Positions 19,076 to 29,316 of a stretch of 64,000 nucleotides of DNA are shown here, piece after piece. Made by a program: the position numbers and the translations under genes. How positions within the stretch are numbered: position 1 is the stretch's first letter; every line of letters starts with the position of its first letter. Origin of the DNA: an uncultured Verrucomicrobiales bacterium (GTDB lineage Bacteria > Verrucomicrobiota > Verrucomicrobiia > Verrucomicrobiales > DEV007); NCBI GenBank assembly GCA_938091905.1, contig CALKOM010000022.1:1-64000 (forward strand), read 5' to 3'. The notes below the pieces were generated by a model, which made no database searches, was not told where the DNA came from, and worked only from the letters and a program-made list of their open reading frames with translations.

Positions 19076-22000
19076 CTATGGCTTGGGCAGCGGTCGACCA
19101 GATGTCCAGGGCACGTTGGCCGCGTCCAATCTCTTGTGAAGGGCTGGGAGATCTTCTTCGAGGAGTGTGGTCAGGGCCCCTCCACGTTCCTCGAACTGAT
19201 CCTTCGCAATCTGAAACTGCTCCCGACTTGTTGTCGTCGGGCCGTAGATGGATCCAGATCCAGAATTCGCCACTCGCAGTCGCGAGCCAATCGATGGCTC
19301 TGATTCCACGTCGTGTTTGGATTTGATACGATCACCCGTGAAGAGTTCCCTGAAGTCCATGAGCTTCAGCTCCAAGGCTCGGGTTTCGTCATAGAGTTCC
19401 GTGTAAAGTTCTGTGTCGGAAAGCTTCAGTCTATTGATCTCTCGTTTGATGTCTGCGAGCTGGTTGATGACATCGTTAGCAGCACGATCTGCTGTATTCA
19501 CCTCACGCCGCAGCTTGCTAATCGTTTCGTAGTAGGCAACCCGCGTGACAGAATCAGATTCAGACAAGGTGCTCTCTTCATCGATACTCACGACTTCAAC
19601 CTCTTGGGGATTACCGACTGCCTTGCTTTCCCCGTCTACGATCTTCGTTGCGGCGATCGTGTACCTACCGGGTTGAACCAAGGGTCCACCATTGGTGAAC
19701 GTGTTGTTTCGATACCTCAAATCCCAGGTAACTCGATGAATGCCCGCGCCTGTTGGACCTTCAAATCGACTGATGACATCTCCCAACCCATCTGTAACCG
19801 TAAACCGAAGTGAAGCCCCCTTCTTCTCTTCGCGTCCTTCTTCCTTGAGGACATCCCAGCCTGGGTAGGTATTGTCGCCGCCTGCTTTCTTCACTTTGCG
19901 CTCCTTCTCCAAACGCACCTGTTTCTTGGTCTTCACTTCCATGGCATCACGGTTGTAATAGGTGATCATCGCTCCCACCGGAGGGTTGCTCGCAGAGAAG
20001 AACTTGTCTCCCTGGTACCCCTTGCGACCACCAATACCATAATGGGGCACATAGCGGTAAGTCTTGCGAATTGGGTAGATGATCAATTCCTCTTTCTCGA
20101 AAGCTTCGTCGCCAACTTCTCGTAGGAAACTGTAGTCATCGAACACGTAGAAACTACGTCCAAAGGTCGCACCGACGAGGTCGTTCTCGCGACGCTGAAT
20201 CTCGATATCCCGGAAAGGAATGGTGGGCACATTACCCGTCAGTTTCACCCAATTGGCCCCGCCATTAATGGTAAAGAAGACGCCAAACTCGGTGCCCAGG
20301 AAGAGGAGATCAGCTTTCTCATGATCCTGATTGATACGCCAAACGAGATGCTTGTTAGGAAGGTCCCCTACAATGGAACTCCAAGTCTGGCCCCGATCCG
20401 TGCTCTTGAATACATAGGGCTTGTAGTCGCCCGTCTTGTGATGATCAAATGTTGCATAGACGGTATCGGCGTCATGGAGATCAGCTTTGATGTCATTGAC
20501 AAACGCATATTGAGGAAGATCGAAGAGGCGCTCGACTTTGCGCCAATTCTCCCCACCATCCTCCGTGATCTGAATCAAGCCATCGTCGGTCCCGACATAG
20601 ATCAGCCCTTCAACAAGGGGCGATTCCGAGACCGACGTGATGTTGCTGTACTGCGACATGGCGTAGGTATCGTAGAGCCCAAGATCCAGGCTCCAGACGC
20701 GATCCATGTGCTTCAACTTGTAGCGATCAACGTTGCGCGAGAGGTCGGGACTAATGGCTTCCCAGGAGTCGCCGCGATCATCGCTGCGATAAAGCTTCTT
20801 GGAACCATGATAGATCCGAGTATTCGAATGAGGGCTGATGAGAATGGGCGCGTCCCAGTTGTAACGAAGGCCATCTTCGCCCTTGCCTGGTTGTGGGCGG
20901 ATACTAATAGAGTTCCCCGTCACACGATCCACACGGCGCAGGTAGCCTTGCTGAGACTCGCCATAGATCACGTTGGGATCCGTCGGATCAATGGCACAGT
21001 CGTGTCCGTCGCCACCGATGATCGGGCGCCAATCTCCGTTTAGGATTCCCGAATTGCTACGAGTGCGGCTGGGGCCATACTGCGTGTTATTGTCCTGCGT
21101 GCCGCCGACGATGTTGTAGAACGGGTAGTCATTGTCCACGTCGACCTTGTAGAACTGGGTGAGCGGTAGGTTCGGAAAGTACTCGTAAGTCTTGCCGCGA
21201 TCATAGGAACGATAGAGACCGCCATCGCAACCGACCAAGAGGAAATCCGGATCGGTCGGATGAAACACCACAGCATGATTGTCGACGTGCTTGTTAGTGC
21301 CATCGGCAGAACGCCAGTTCTTTCCGCCATCTTCACTATAGCCGAGGTAGACATTGGCTTGATAGATGGAATCAAACCGATGGGGATCCACGTAGATCTC
21401 TTGGTAATAGTGGGGACCTGTGCCGCCGCTAATGTAGTCGCTTCGCTTTTGCCAGCTCTTGCCGCTGTCTTCCGATCTCCAGAAACCACCTTTCTTTCCG
21501 GCCAACTCGATGGTGGCATAGACAACTTCAGGACGCTGCGGTGAGATCTGGAGGGAGATCTTGCCCTTGTCTTCCCCGGGCAGACCTTTCGTGAGTGCGT
21601 TCCACGACTTTCCACCATCGATCGATTTGAAAATGCCCGTCTCAGGACCTCCATTCACGATCCCCCACACCGTGCGATGCCTCTGATGCGTCGCTGCGTA
21701 GAGCACTTCTGGCTGACTCGGGTGCATCACAACATCCGTAACGCCAGTATATTCACCTTTTGACAGAATAAGCTTCCACGACTTGCCGCCATCGATTGTC
21801 TTGTAGAGACCGCGTTCGCCACCACCTGACCACAGTGGCCCTTGCGAAGCCACATAGACGACGTCCGAGTTCTCTGGGTGAACGATGATCTTGGAAAGAT
21901 GTTCGCTCTTTGGTAGGCCGACATTTTTAAAACTGCCACCCCCGTCGGTGCTCTTATAGATGCCATCGCCGAACCCGACATGACGCCCTCCAACGTTCTC

Positions 22001-22357
22001 TCCTGTGCCGACCCAAATGATATCGGTGTTAGAAGGATCCACTGCAAGGCACCCGATCGAGTAGGAGCCGTAGTTTTCAAAGATCGGTTTCCACGTCGTG
22101 CCGGCATTGGTTGTCTTCCAGACATTTCCTGAACCGGCGGCAACATACCAAGTGTGAGGCTTCTCTGGATCGATGGCAATGTCGGCGATCCTTCCAGACA
22201 TGAGCGCTGGTCCAATGCTCCGCAGCTTGATGCCCGAAAGCAACTTTGAGGTCAGCTTCTTGGGCGCCTCCTTCTCGTCGTCATCAGCAAGAGCCTGGAC
22301 AGAAAAACTGAGCGAAAGAATGAGGGCAGAAAGCCATTTAGATGCCAGTATATTCAT
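19076..22357 (-). CDS. Secreted VPS10/BNR (Asp-box) beta-propeller glycosyl hydrolase-like protein
   Basis: Signal peptide, RSIGPALMSGRI, and many S/TxDGGxxW Asp-box repeats. Start taken at ATG 22357. Confidence 0.85.
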   Translation of the reverse strand: MNILASKWLSALILSLSFSVQALADDDEKEAPKKLTSKLLSGIKLRSIGPALMSGRIADIAIDPEKPHTWYVAAGSGNVWKTTNAGTTWKPIFENYGSYSIGCLAVDPSNTDIIWVGTGENVGGRHVGFGDGIYKSTDGGGSFKNVGLPKSEHLSKIIVHPENSDVVYVASQGPLWSGGGERGLYKTIDGGKSWKLILSKGEYTGVTDVVMHPSQPEVLYAATHQRHRTVWGIVNGGPETGIFKSIDGGKSWNALTKGLPGEDKGKISLQISPQRPEVVYATIELAGKKGGFWRSEDSGKSWQKRSDYISGGTGPHYYQEIYVDPHRFDSIYQANVYLGYSEDGGKNWRSADGTNKHVDNHAVVFHPTDPDFLLVGCDGGLYRSYDRGKTYEYFPNLPLTQFYKVDVDNDYPFYNIVGGTQDNNTQYGPSRTRSNSGILNGDWRPIIGGDGHDCAIDPTDPNVIYGESQQGYLRRVDRVTGNSISIRPQPGKGEDGLRYNWDAPILISPHSNTRIYHGSKKLYRSDDRGDSWEAISPDLSRNVDRYKLKHMDRVWSLDLGLYDTYAMSQYSNITSVSESPLVEGLIYVGTDDGLIQITEDGGENWRKVERLFDLPQYAFVNDIKADLHDADTVYATFDHHKTGDYKPYVFKSTDRGQTWSSIVGDLPNKHLVWRINQDHEKADLLFLGTEFGVFFTINGGANWVKLTGNVPTIPFRDIEIQRRENDLVGATFGRSFYVFDDYSFLREVGDEAFEKEELIIYPIRKTYRYVPHYGIGGRKGYQGDKFFSASNPPVGAMITYYNRDAMEVKTKKQVRLEKERKVKKAGGDNTYPGWDVLKEEGREEKKGASLRFTVTDGLGDVISRFEGPTGAGIHRVTWDLRYRNNTFTNGGPLVQPGRYTIAATKIVDGESKAVGNPQEVEVVSIDEESTLSESDSVTRVAYYETISKLRREVNTADRAANDVINQLADIKREINRLKLSDTELYTELYDETRALELKLMDFRELFTGDRIKSKHDVESEPSIGSRLRVANSGSGSIYGPTTTSREQFQIAKDQFEERGGALTTLLEEDLPALHKRLDAANVPWTSGRPLPKP

Positions 22358-22528
22358 AATCTTTAGAATAAACCATATCCTTAGCAATTGCACGGCGGCA
22401 ATGCAACTTCGAAATCATGGAGTCGTGGTCGCTTAAACTGGGATGACAGGCTTCAACGACATTGAGAGCGCAACCGAAGCGGAGAGAGGATACCTTGAAC
22501 CTGGGACCCAGATTGCTAGCCTCCGAGG

Positions 22529-22828
22529 ATGAAAACTACCCATGCATACCTATTAATCGCACCGATTTCAGTTTCCCTCGGCCTCACCTTGTGGGCAGCT
22601 GAGACCAAGGCTAACCACGAAGCTAAATCTGGAGAAACTTCGCCGGTGGAAAATCAGTGGCAACACTTGGCACTACCACAGGACGTCGAGAATCAATTCG
22701 GTGACAGGGAATTTGCTAGAAAGATCAATCAGCTCGGCCGAGAGGGCTGGGAGTTGGTGACCGTGACCAATCTATCGGTGGATGGCTCAACAACCAAAGC
22801 GGTCTATTACTTCAAGAAGCCGCTTTGA
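22529..22828 (+). CDS. DUF4177-like small exported protein
   Basis: INQLGREGWELV...YYFKKP signature. Confidence 0.75.
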   Translation: MKTTHAYLLIAPISVSLGLTLWAAETKANHEAKSGETSPVENQWQHLALPQDVENQFGDREFARKINQLGREGWELVTVTNLSVDGSTTKAVYYFKKPL

Positions 22829-22900
22829 ACCGTTTCCTTCTTGCTAGAGATGACTCACTACTCTGAGCCTACGACCATCTAACAGACACGACAACGCCAT

Positions 22901-24880
22901 CTACTGCCAGATTCTCTGGAGCGGATAGGCTGCCATATGGTCGATCGCACCCTCTCCAAAGTCGATCTGCATCGCTCCCGGCTTGGCGAAGAAGAGACCG
23001 GTGATAACAGATTCACCGGCGTTGGCAAAAATCTCTATTGAAGAACGATCAATGAGTAGCCGAAGCGTAACCTGATTATCCACGGCGCGTAAAGGTGCCG
23101 TGTGCACCCCTGGGAAATGTCGACTGAAGTTTGTTTCACCGAACTGACTGCGATAGAAGCCGAGTTCTCCAGTCATCGCATCCACCTTGATCATGGCCGT
23201 TCCACTATTAGGCTTTGATAGGAATAATTTGGTCACCTTCTTGGCATCCAAGGTCAGTTCGATATCCAGGAGTTCTGTGTTCAGCGAGCGGACGAGTTCG
23301 ATCGCCGCCTCGACCGACGGGTTCTCGAGCACTTTCCCCTCACCTCGAATCCTGTTCAACTCTCTTACCGGTTTCTGCAACAGTCGATAAGCACCGTCGA
23401 TTTGCCGAAGCGATAGTGTCCGTGCCACGGTCATCGCACTACGCCACGGAGAGGTGGGGACGTCTTGAGCATACTGCCAATTGCTCATCCATCCGAGCCA
23501 GATTCGGCGTCCGTCTTCTTTAGGAATGTCAGACCAGGAGACGGCCGCGTAGAAGTCACGTCCGAAGTCAGCCCAAAGTGCCGGAGTCTTCGAGGCTCTT
23601 GCTAGCTGATCGGAGAATAGGATTTGATCCACATTGATGTGCCCCCACCCGCTCGTCCAGCGATCAAGGATTTCAAGGCGGGCCTTCTTTCCATTCAAGT
23701 CGGCAACCTCCCAGCCCTTCCATTTCAGTTGCTCGTCTTCGCTACCTTTCGCGGTTCGCACGGCCGCTCCATCGACGATGAGATTCATACAGGTATTCGT
23801 GTGATGAGCTCCCCCGCGTATCAGAAAGCTTATCGCATCGTGCTCGATCTCAAACTCTCGAGAACTCAGTTTCCCTATCGTCTTGTCGCCACCGTGGAAG
23901 GAGTTGGCGAAAGCCTTGCCTGCAAATCCGGTCACGGGCTGCTGGCCGTTGACGGCACCTATGGCGGGAGCAGTCCCAAAGGCCTCCCCTTCTACGGTCC
24001 AGTCTCCAAACCCATTCTCGAAGTCGGCGAAGACCTCGCCCGTGGGGACGAAGGCAGGTTGTGGATTTGGCTGAGAGGGTTCGTGAAGCGTGAAGGTCTT
24101 GCCGTCAAAGTCGCCAACGAAATACTGGCAGCCAGAGCCGCCTGCGGGCGCACCGCCACCGATGTTGAGGATGATGACCCACTTTGGTTCACTGGTCCCT
24201 TCGACGGGAAGCGGGAATAGGTCTGGGCATTCCCACACGCCATTCGTGGAGCCATGAGGCCCAAAGTCGCTGAGCTTCGTCCAGTCCTTCCAGTTTGGTG
24301 AACCGTAGAGACGAAGCTTCTTCTCACTCGAAAGCGTGACGATCATCACCCACTGGCTCGACGGCTCATGCCAGAACACTTTGGGATCTCGGAAATCCGC
24401 GTATTTGATATCAATGACAGGATTCTTCGCATACTTAGTCCAGGTACGGCCCTTGTCCGTGCTGTAAGCAATCCGCTGGTCTTGGCGTTTCTTATCCGTG
24501 TGATGCTCTGTGTAAATGGCAATCATCGGAGGCTTGCCATCTTTTCCGAAACCACTCGTGTTCTTCCAATCGATCACGGCACTGCCTGAAAAAATCATCA
24601 CATTGTTCTCTTCTGCCAATGCCAGAGGAAGGTGTTTCCAATGAACCAGATCCGGACTCGCGGCGTGCCCCCAACTCATGTGGCCCCATTTGTCGCCAAA
24701 GGGATTGTACTGATAGAAGAGATGGTACTCGCCTTCGTAGTAGACCAATCCATTGGGATCATTCATCCAGTTCTTGGCTGGGGTGAAATGGAATTGAGGC
24801 CGGTGAGGCTCGTTGTAAGACGTAGGCGCTTTTGCTAGCAAGCTTGCTGCCGTGAAGAGGAGACAAAGACAGGCTCTCAT
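22901..24880 (-). CDS. Glycoside hydrolase family 32 (levanase/beta-fructosidase) with inserted CBM-like domain
   Basis: WMNDPNG, WGHA, FSGSA, FRDP and WECP catalytic motifs; C-terminal DRSSIEIF; signal peptide from ATG 24880. Confidence 0.92.
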   Translation of the reverse strand: MRACLCLLFTAASLLAKAPTSYNEPHRPQFHFTPAKNWMNDPNGLVYYEGEYHLFYQYNPFGDKWGHMSWGHAASPDLVHWKHLPLALAEENNVMIFSGSAVIDWKNTSGFGKDGKPPMIAIYTEHHTDKKRQDQRIAYSTDKGRTWTKYAKNPVIDIKYADFRDPKVFWHEPSSQWVMIVTLSSEKKLRLYGSPNWKDWTKLSDFGPHGSTNGVWECPDLFPLPVEGTSEPKWVIILNIGGGAPAGGSGCQYFVGDFDGKTFTLHEPSQPNPQPAFVPTGEVFADFENGFGDWTVEGEAFGTAPAIGAVNGQQPVTGFAGKAFANSFHGGDKTIGKLSSREFEIEHDAISFLIRGGAHHTNTCMNLIVDGAAVRTAKGSEDEQLKWKGWEVADLNGKKARLEILDRWTSGWGHINVDQILFSDQLARASKTPALWADFGRDFYAAVSWSDIPKEDGRRIWLGWMSNWQYAQDVPTSPWRSAMTVARTLSLRQIDGAYRLLQKPVRELNRIRGEGKVLENPSVEAAIELVRSLNTELLDIELTLDAKKVTKLFLSKPNSGTAMIKVDAMTGELGFYRSQFGETNFSRHFPGVHTAPLRAVDNQVTLRLLIDRSSIEIFANAGESVITGLFFAKPGAMQIDFGEGAIDHMAAYPLQRIWQ

Positions 24881-24911
24881 GATTCTCAGTGAATAGGATG
24901 GATACGCTGTC

Positions 24912-25910
24912 TTATTCAAACACATACTCTACCCAGCCTTGGCGTTTCTCTCCAGGAGGGCAGAGTTGTAGGTGAGCGATTTCGTTCAGACCTTGGGCGG
25001 CTAAGTTGTGGGCGTCCGTCGAGCACGTCTGGTTCTCAATGCCTAGGAAGGGCCTGCCAGGCGTCCAGACAACGAGGTGCGTGAACTCTTTGGACGCTTT
25101 GAAGGTCACGCTTCGTCCCACGTCGCGGAACTCAAGGCATGCCGGTTTCCCCGGGACCATGCCGAAGAAGACATCGTCGGAATCGTAACCCGCGAGCGAG
25201 ACGGGCTTGCGTGCATCAAGCGCATGGCCTTCAAGATCTAGCAGTTTGCCCGTGGGAAGTTGTTTCACCGAGGCCATGAGCGACTGCGCAGGGACGTGCA
25301 AGAAGGCATCCTGCCGAGTGCCTTGGTACTTGAGATAGGGGTGGAAGGCGACACCGAAAGGAAGAACCTGCTCGCTGGCATCGTTATCTACTTCGTACTC
25401 CCACCGAACACTGCCCTCACGAACAGTGACTTTGATACGAAAAGTATGTGCCCAAGGAAAGAGCTTCCCGCGTTCGCTCTGATCATCAAATCGAATGGCA
25501 GCCGTCACGGAGACGGATTCGGACGTTACTTCAGTGGATTCGCCAGTAAACTCTGCGCTGTTCACCAGCCCATGAATGTGATTGCCAGGCCCTTCCCGAA
25601 AGACGTACTTTTTGTCTTCAAACTCAAAGCTTCCCCCTTTGATTCGATTGGGCGTCGGATAGAGAACAGGATTGCCACACCGGACACCCGGTAGCTTCGA
25701 AAGTTCCTCGGGCTGATGAAAGTACTCTATTCCGCGACGCTTGACGGATTGCACATTGGCTCCGGCAGCCGGCACGAAGGTAGCGACAGTGTCCCCTTGA
25801 GAGAGCACATAGATGTCCCAGCCAGTCTCCGCATCTTTGGTCACCGACAGATCGGCAGCCATCGAAACGACCACCATCCAATAAGACACGAACAATGTAA
25901 GGGTGCGCAT
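24912..25910 (-). CDS. Aldose 1-epimerase family protein, probably exported
   Basis: PVLYPTPNRI, NHIHGL, FGVAFHPY and GIEN motifs; hydrophobic leader. Confidence 0.85.
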   Translation of the reverse strand: MRTLTLFVSYWMVVVSMAADLSVTKDAETGWDIYVLSQGDTVATFVPAAGANVQSVKRRGIEYFHQPEELSKLPGVRCGNPVLYPTPNRIKGGSFEFEDKKYVFREGPGNHIHGLVNSAEFTGESTEVTSESVSVTAAIRFDDQSERGKLFPWAHTFRIKVTVREGSVRWEYEVDNDASEQVLPFGVAFHPYLKYQGTRQDAFLHVPAQSLMASVKQLPTGKLLDLEGHALDARKPVSLAGYDSDDVFFGMVPGKPACLEFRDVGRSVTFKASKEFTHLVVWTPGRPFLGIENQTCSTDAHNLAAQGLNEIAHLQLCPPGEKRQGWVEYVFE

Positions 25911-25949
25911 GCCGACCAGATTGCCCATAAATACACGGGCTGACAAGCC

Positions 25950-27080
25950 TCAGTCTGCCGTAGGCTGGGTCAGTTCCCCGCAGAGCGATAAGGCCAGCAT
26001 GGGATAAGCTGTGCCACTATAGGTGATGAGATGATGCTTGTCCGTATTGAGTGATCGGGTCCACCAGCGCCCTGATTCCCGTTGGTTCGCTTTGAGCCAA
26101 CGGATCGCTTTCGTAATCTGCGGGTCGTCGACTGGGGCGCCTGCTTCTCGCAAGACGATGATGGCCAAACCTGTCATGTGCCCGTCGCTTGGAGGTTCGC
26201 CAAACTCCGGTTCAGCTCGCAATTTCTCGGCGCGATTGCCACTGCCCCAAGTCTCCGGACTGGCAAAGCGACGAATCGACCACCCACCATCTTCTCGCTG
26301 ATGGCTTCGGATCATGGCTTGCAAGGCTTCTATTCGATCTTTCTCTAACAGATCTGGGTAACGGCTGGCAGCCCAGAGTAGCAAGGTGCGCTGGTAGTCA
26401 TTGGCTGGGGTCGCCGTGCGGAGGTAAGCCACAAGTTCTTCAAACTTCGCACCTACTTCAGGACCTGCGCTCTCCACCCATCCAGGAGCGGCAGCAACCG
26501 CCATCATGGCGACGGTCGCGCCATGGTAGGCACTCGACTCTAAGGGCGGCCAGCAATCAAGGTTACTGTAAGAGCCATCGTCTGCCTGAGCTCGAAACAT
26601 GACTGTCAACGCGCGCTCTGTTTCCTTTGAACGCGCTTTCGAACGATGCCGATCCCACTCCGCCAACCCAGCAGCGATGTAGGCAATCTTGGTTGGGCGC
26701 AATCCATGGCACAGTTTCTCGACGTCGGATTCGCTCTCGTCCTTCTCAAGCTCTTCCACGAAGAAGCGGCGCATTTCCGCACCAACGTTCCCACCGTGTT
26801 CCGCTAGTGAAGGCGCCGTGAGTAGATAGGTCCCATTGGTGTGGCAACTCACACAGCCACGCTTCTCGGTCCACGCGACCGTTCCCTTCTCAAGGTAATC
26901 GAATGCTGCCTCTGCCGAGAACTCTCGCGTTGGCTCGTCTTCAGACGCCGCTGGAATCGCGATCTTTCCAAACGCGTACTGTGTAGGCCCCTCCGCAGAC
27001 GCAAAATTGACCAATACGAAGAAAGAGACGACCAAGGCTGCGCGCATACCCAGAAGCCTAGCACTCAATTTCGTGACCAT
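25950..27080 (-). CDS. Secreted squalene-hopene-cyclase-like / prenyltransferase-repeat protein (single barrel)
   Basis: QW-type repeats QADDGSY, QREDGGW, QRESGRW; CVSCH near the N-terminus; no DxDD motif; only about 375 aa. Confidence 0.7.
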   Translation of the reverse strand: MVTKLSARLLGMRAALVVSFFVLVNFASAEGPTQYAFGKIAIPAASEDEPTREFSAEAAFDYLEKGTVAWTEKRGCVSCHTNGTYLLTAPSLAEHGGNVGAEMRRFFVEELEKDESESDVEKLCHGLRPTKIAYIAAGLAEWDRHRSKARSKETERALTVMFRAQADDGSYSNLDCWPPLESSAYHGATVAMMAVAAAPGWVESAGPEVGAKFEELVAYLRTATPANDYQRTLLLWAASRYPDLLEKDRIEALQAMIRSHQREDGGWSIRRFASPETWGSGNRAEKLRAEPEFGEPPSDGHMTGLAIIVLREAGAPVDDPQITKAIRWLKANQRESGRWWTRSLNTDKHHLITYSGTAYPMLALSLCGELTQPTAD

Positions 27081-27900
27081 CAATCCGCAAAGCGACTGCT
27101 GTCAGACGAGCCACTGACCCAGTGCTTCTTGCCATCTTCGCCAACCATCTGTATTGGGCCGATCTCGTTCCAACCGGAGACGCGGGTGATGTCTAGGTAG
27201 ACCTTCAGTTGCTTCGCGCTGACGGGATCGTTTACAGGAAACTCGCTCGTGATGAGTTCATCGGTTTCAGAGGGATCCATCTGCCCTTCCCAAACCAGGA
27301 ATTCCTCCCCTTCTGTGCCTATTTTATCACTTTACTAATGGCGCCGGTATTGTGGCTTTCGACGACGTTGATCTAACTCAAATCCATCGGTTGATGGTAG
27401 TCCAGTTGGAGACACTCTTCGCCTCCGTTCTGGTCCTTCGGCGCTCACGCAGAGGGAACATCTCCGGCCCTACCGGTATCGGGTGCTCCAGCCGCTTGCT
27501 CATGGCCCCAGTCGCGTTTGTTTCCGCCCGTCCAGTGGTCCACTCGTCGGCCGAATGGTGGCGACACAGCACCCGACACCCGTTGAGGTTCTAGTGTATT
27601 GTTAGCAATCACCTGTTTCAGCGATGCCAACTCCGTCTGAAGATTCCGAACTTGTTGGCGTAGCTGGGCTGTCGTCGTCGTCAACGCTTGAAGGCTAGCA
27701 GGTGAAGCATGCGTCAACGAACCGCTATCTGACACCACACTCAATTCTGAATCCCCGGATATCAGATCAACGCGCTGTGATAGGAGTTGCTCCTCCAATA
27801 CCCTTAGCCGTGAGTCTGTCCGCAGCCATCACCACACCACGAAAGTGAGTCCAACAAGCATGCCAAACATAGCAATGTTCTATCTATTCTGAGAAAGCAC
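27080..27900 (-). pseudogene. Decayed membrane-anchored protein gene (TM + coiled coil + pappalysin-scarf-like beta domain)
   Basis: Reconstructed as MFGMLVGLTFVVW*WLRTDSRLRVLEEQ...WGHEQAAGAPDT...GDVPSA*APKDQNGGEECLQLDY...*INVVESHNTGAISKV, then a frameshift into EEFLVWEG...LDITRVSGWNEIGPIQMVG. The domain name is recalled from motif resemblance only. Confidence 0.65.
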
Positions 27901-27961
27901 AACACCACCAGTATGCACAAGATTGAATGGGCATGCCAATCTCCGTTTGCCACTTTTGAAC

Positions 27962-29284
27962 TCAGACAGCGCTCGAAACGAACGCACCCCCACGCAAACA
28001 TCTGCCAATTTCCCGAGCAAGCTTCTTTGCTTCCGCTGCGGGAAGAGACGACACCGTGACCCGAATCGCAGGAGGAGTTTGCAAGCGGTAGCGATATCCT
28101 GGAGTGACAAGCCAGCCTGCCTGCATGAGCCTCTGGGCCACAGAAGCTTCATCGGGTACGGGGACCCACACATTGAATCCAGACTTTCCGAAAGATTGAA
28201 CGCCTTCTTGCTTCAACGCCTCGATGAACGCAGTGCGTCTGTCCGTATAGGTGCATTCCGCCGTTTCGATCAATTGTGCCGTCTTCTTGTCCTTGAGGTA
28301 GTAGACAGCCATGTCCTGAAGCAAGTGACTCACCCAGCGAATGCCTAGAACTTGCCGCCCTTGAATGTGCGCTAGTGTATCGGGATCACCTGCTTGGAGG
28401 GCAATCCGAAGATCAGGGCTGAATGACTTGCAGAGCGACCGGACGACGGTCCAGCGAGCCCGTTTACCATCGCAAAGGCCAACATATTCAGCTCCGGAAA
28501 TCGTGCCTTCATAATCATCCTCGATCACAAACAAATCGGGAGCTTTCGCCAGCACCTTCTTCAAGGCGCGGGCTCTTGATAGGGTAAAGGCCGCCCCCGT
28601 CGGGTTCTGGCCTCGTGGCGTGACGATCAGCGCCTTGGGCTTGAGCTTGAGAGCTTCCGTTAGGGATTCAGGAAGAATCCCAGACTGATCCAAGGCAACC
28701 GGCACAGGCACCAAGCCGCGTGAACGAATGAGGTCTAGAACCCCTGTGAAGCAAGGATCTTCAACGGCAATGCGATCCCCAGGAAACAGGTGTTCTGCCA
28801 GAGCGCGCTCAATGCCATCGAAGGAACCGTTGACGGTACAAATGCCAGTAGTCGGAACGCCGTCAGCCTGGAACAAGGACAGGCCCAACTGCACGAGTTC
28901 GGGTGAATTCGGATCTTCGTCGTAGAGCGTCTGCTCTTTACGAATGGCAGCCAAGGCCGGGGCTAGCTTCGGTAGGAGTTTCGGATCTGGATTGCCAGTT
29001 GCGCAATCTGTGACGCCATCTGCAGCCTGCATCGGACTGGCAACAGGGAGAGGAGGACGTGAACTCACCACGGTGCCACGCCGCCCCTGCGACACAAGAA
29101 AGCCACGCTGTTGCAACTGGCGGTAGGCTCCTGCCACGGTCGCGGGACTAAGGCCGAGAGACTCGGCCAGCGCGCGGATTGATGGCAATTTCTCGCCCGG
29201 CGCGAGCTGGTCATTGCGAATTCCGCGCTCAATGGACTCAGCGAGCTTGACACGCGTCGTACCAGATACACACATTTGTATCAT
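27962..29284 (-). CDS. MocR/GabR-family (GntR HTH + PLP aminotransferase-like) regulator, PtsJ-like
   Basis: LPSIRALAESLGLSPATVAGAY HTH; VEDP, QNPTG, IEDD and SLCK...PDLR motifs. Confidence 0.9.
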   Translation of the reverse strand: MIQMCVSGTTRVKLAESIERGIRNDQLAPGEKLPSIRALAESLGLSPATVAGAYRQLQQRGFLVSQGRRGTVVSSRPPLPVASPMQAADGVTDCATGNPDPKLLPKLAPALAAIRKEQTLYDEDPNSPELVQLGLSLFQADGVPTTGICTVNGSFDGIERALAEHLFPGDRIAVEDPCFTGVLDLIRSRGLVPVPVALDQSGILPESLTEALKLKPKALIVTPRGQNPTGAAFTLSRARALKKVLAKAPDLFVIEDDYEGTISGAEYVGLCDGKRARWTVVRSLCKSFSPDLRIALQAGDPDTLAHIQGRQVLGIRWVSHLLQDMAVYYLKDKKTAQLIETAECTYTDRRTAFIEALKQEGVQSFGKSGFNVWVPVPDEASVAQRLMQAGWLVTPGYRYRLQTPPAIRVTVSSLPAAEAKKLAREIGRCLRGGAFVSSAV

Positions 29285-29298
29285 TATGGCTTTCTTTA

Positions 29299-29310
29299 TG
29301 TACTAGAACA
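29299..29310. promoter_or_regulatory. Candidate MocR operator (imperfect palindrome)
   Basis: TGTACTAGAACA (10/12 palindromic) in the 32-bp gap between the divergent regulator and its target operon. Confidence 0.35.
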
Positions 29311-29316
29311 ATAGAA

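Noticed and set aside
25950..27080. Hopanoid biosynthesis gene (shc)
   Set aside because: Too short, has a signal peptide, lacks DxDD, and has no hpn neighbours.
6106..27450. TGA at apparent Trp positions in two broken genes, suggesting stop-codon recoding
   Set aside because: These broken genes also carry frameshifts (and one has a TAG stop), and many intact genes here end in TGA. TGG-to-TGA is an ordinary nonsense mutation.
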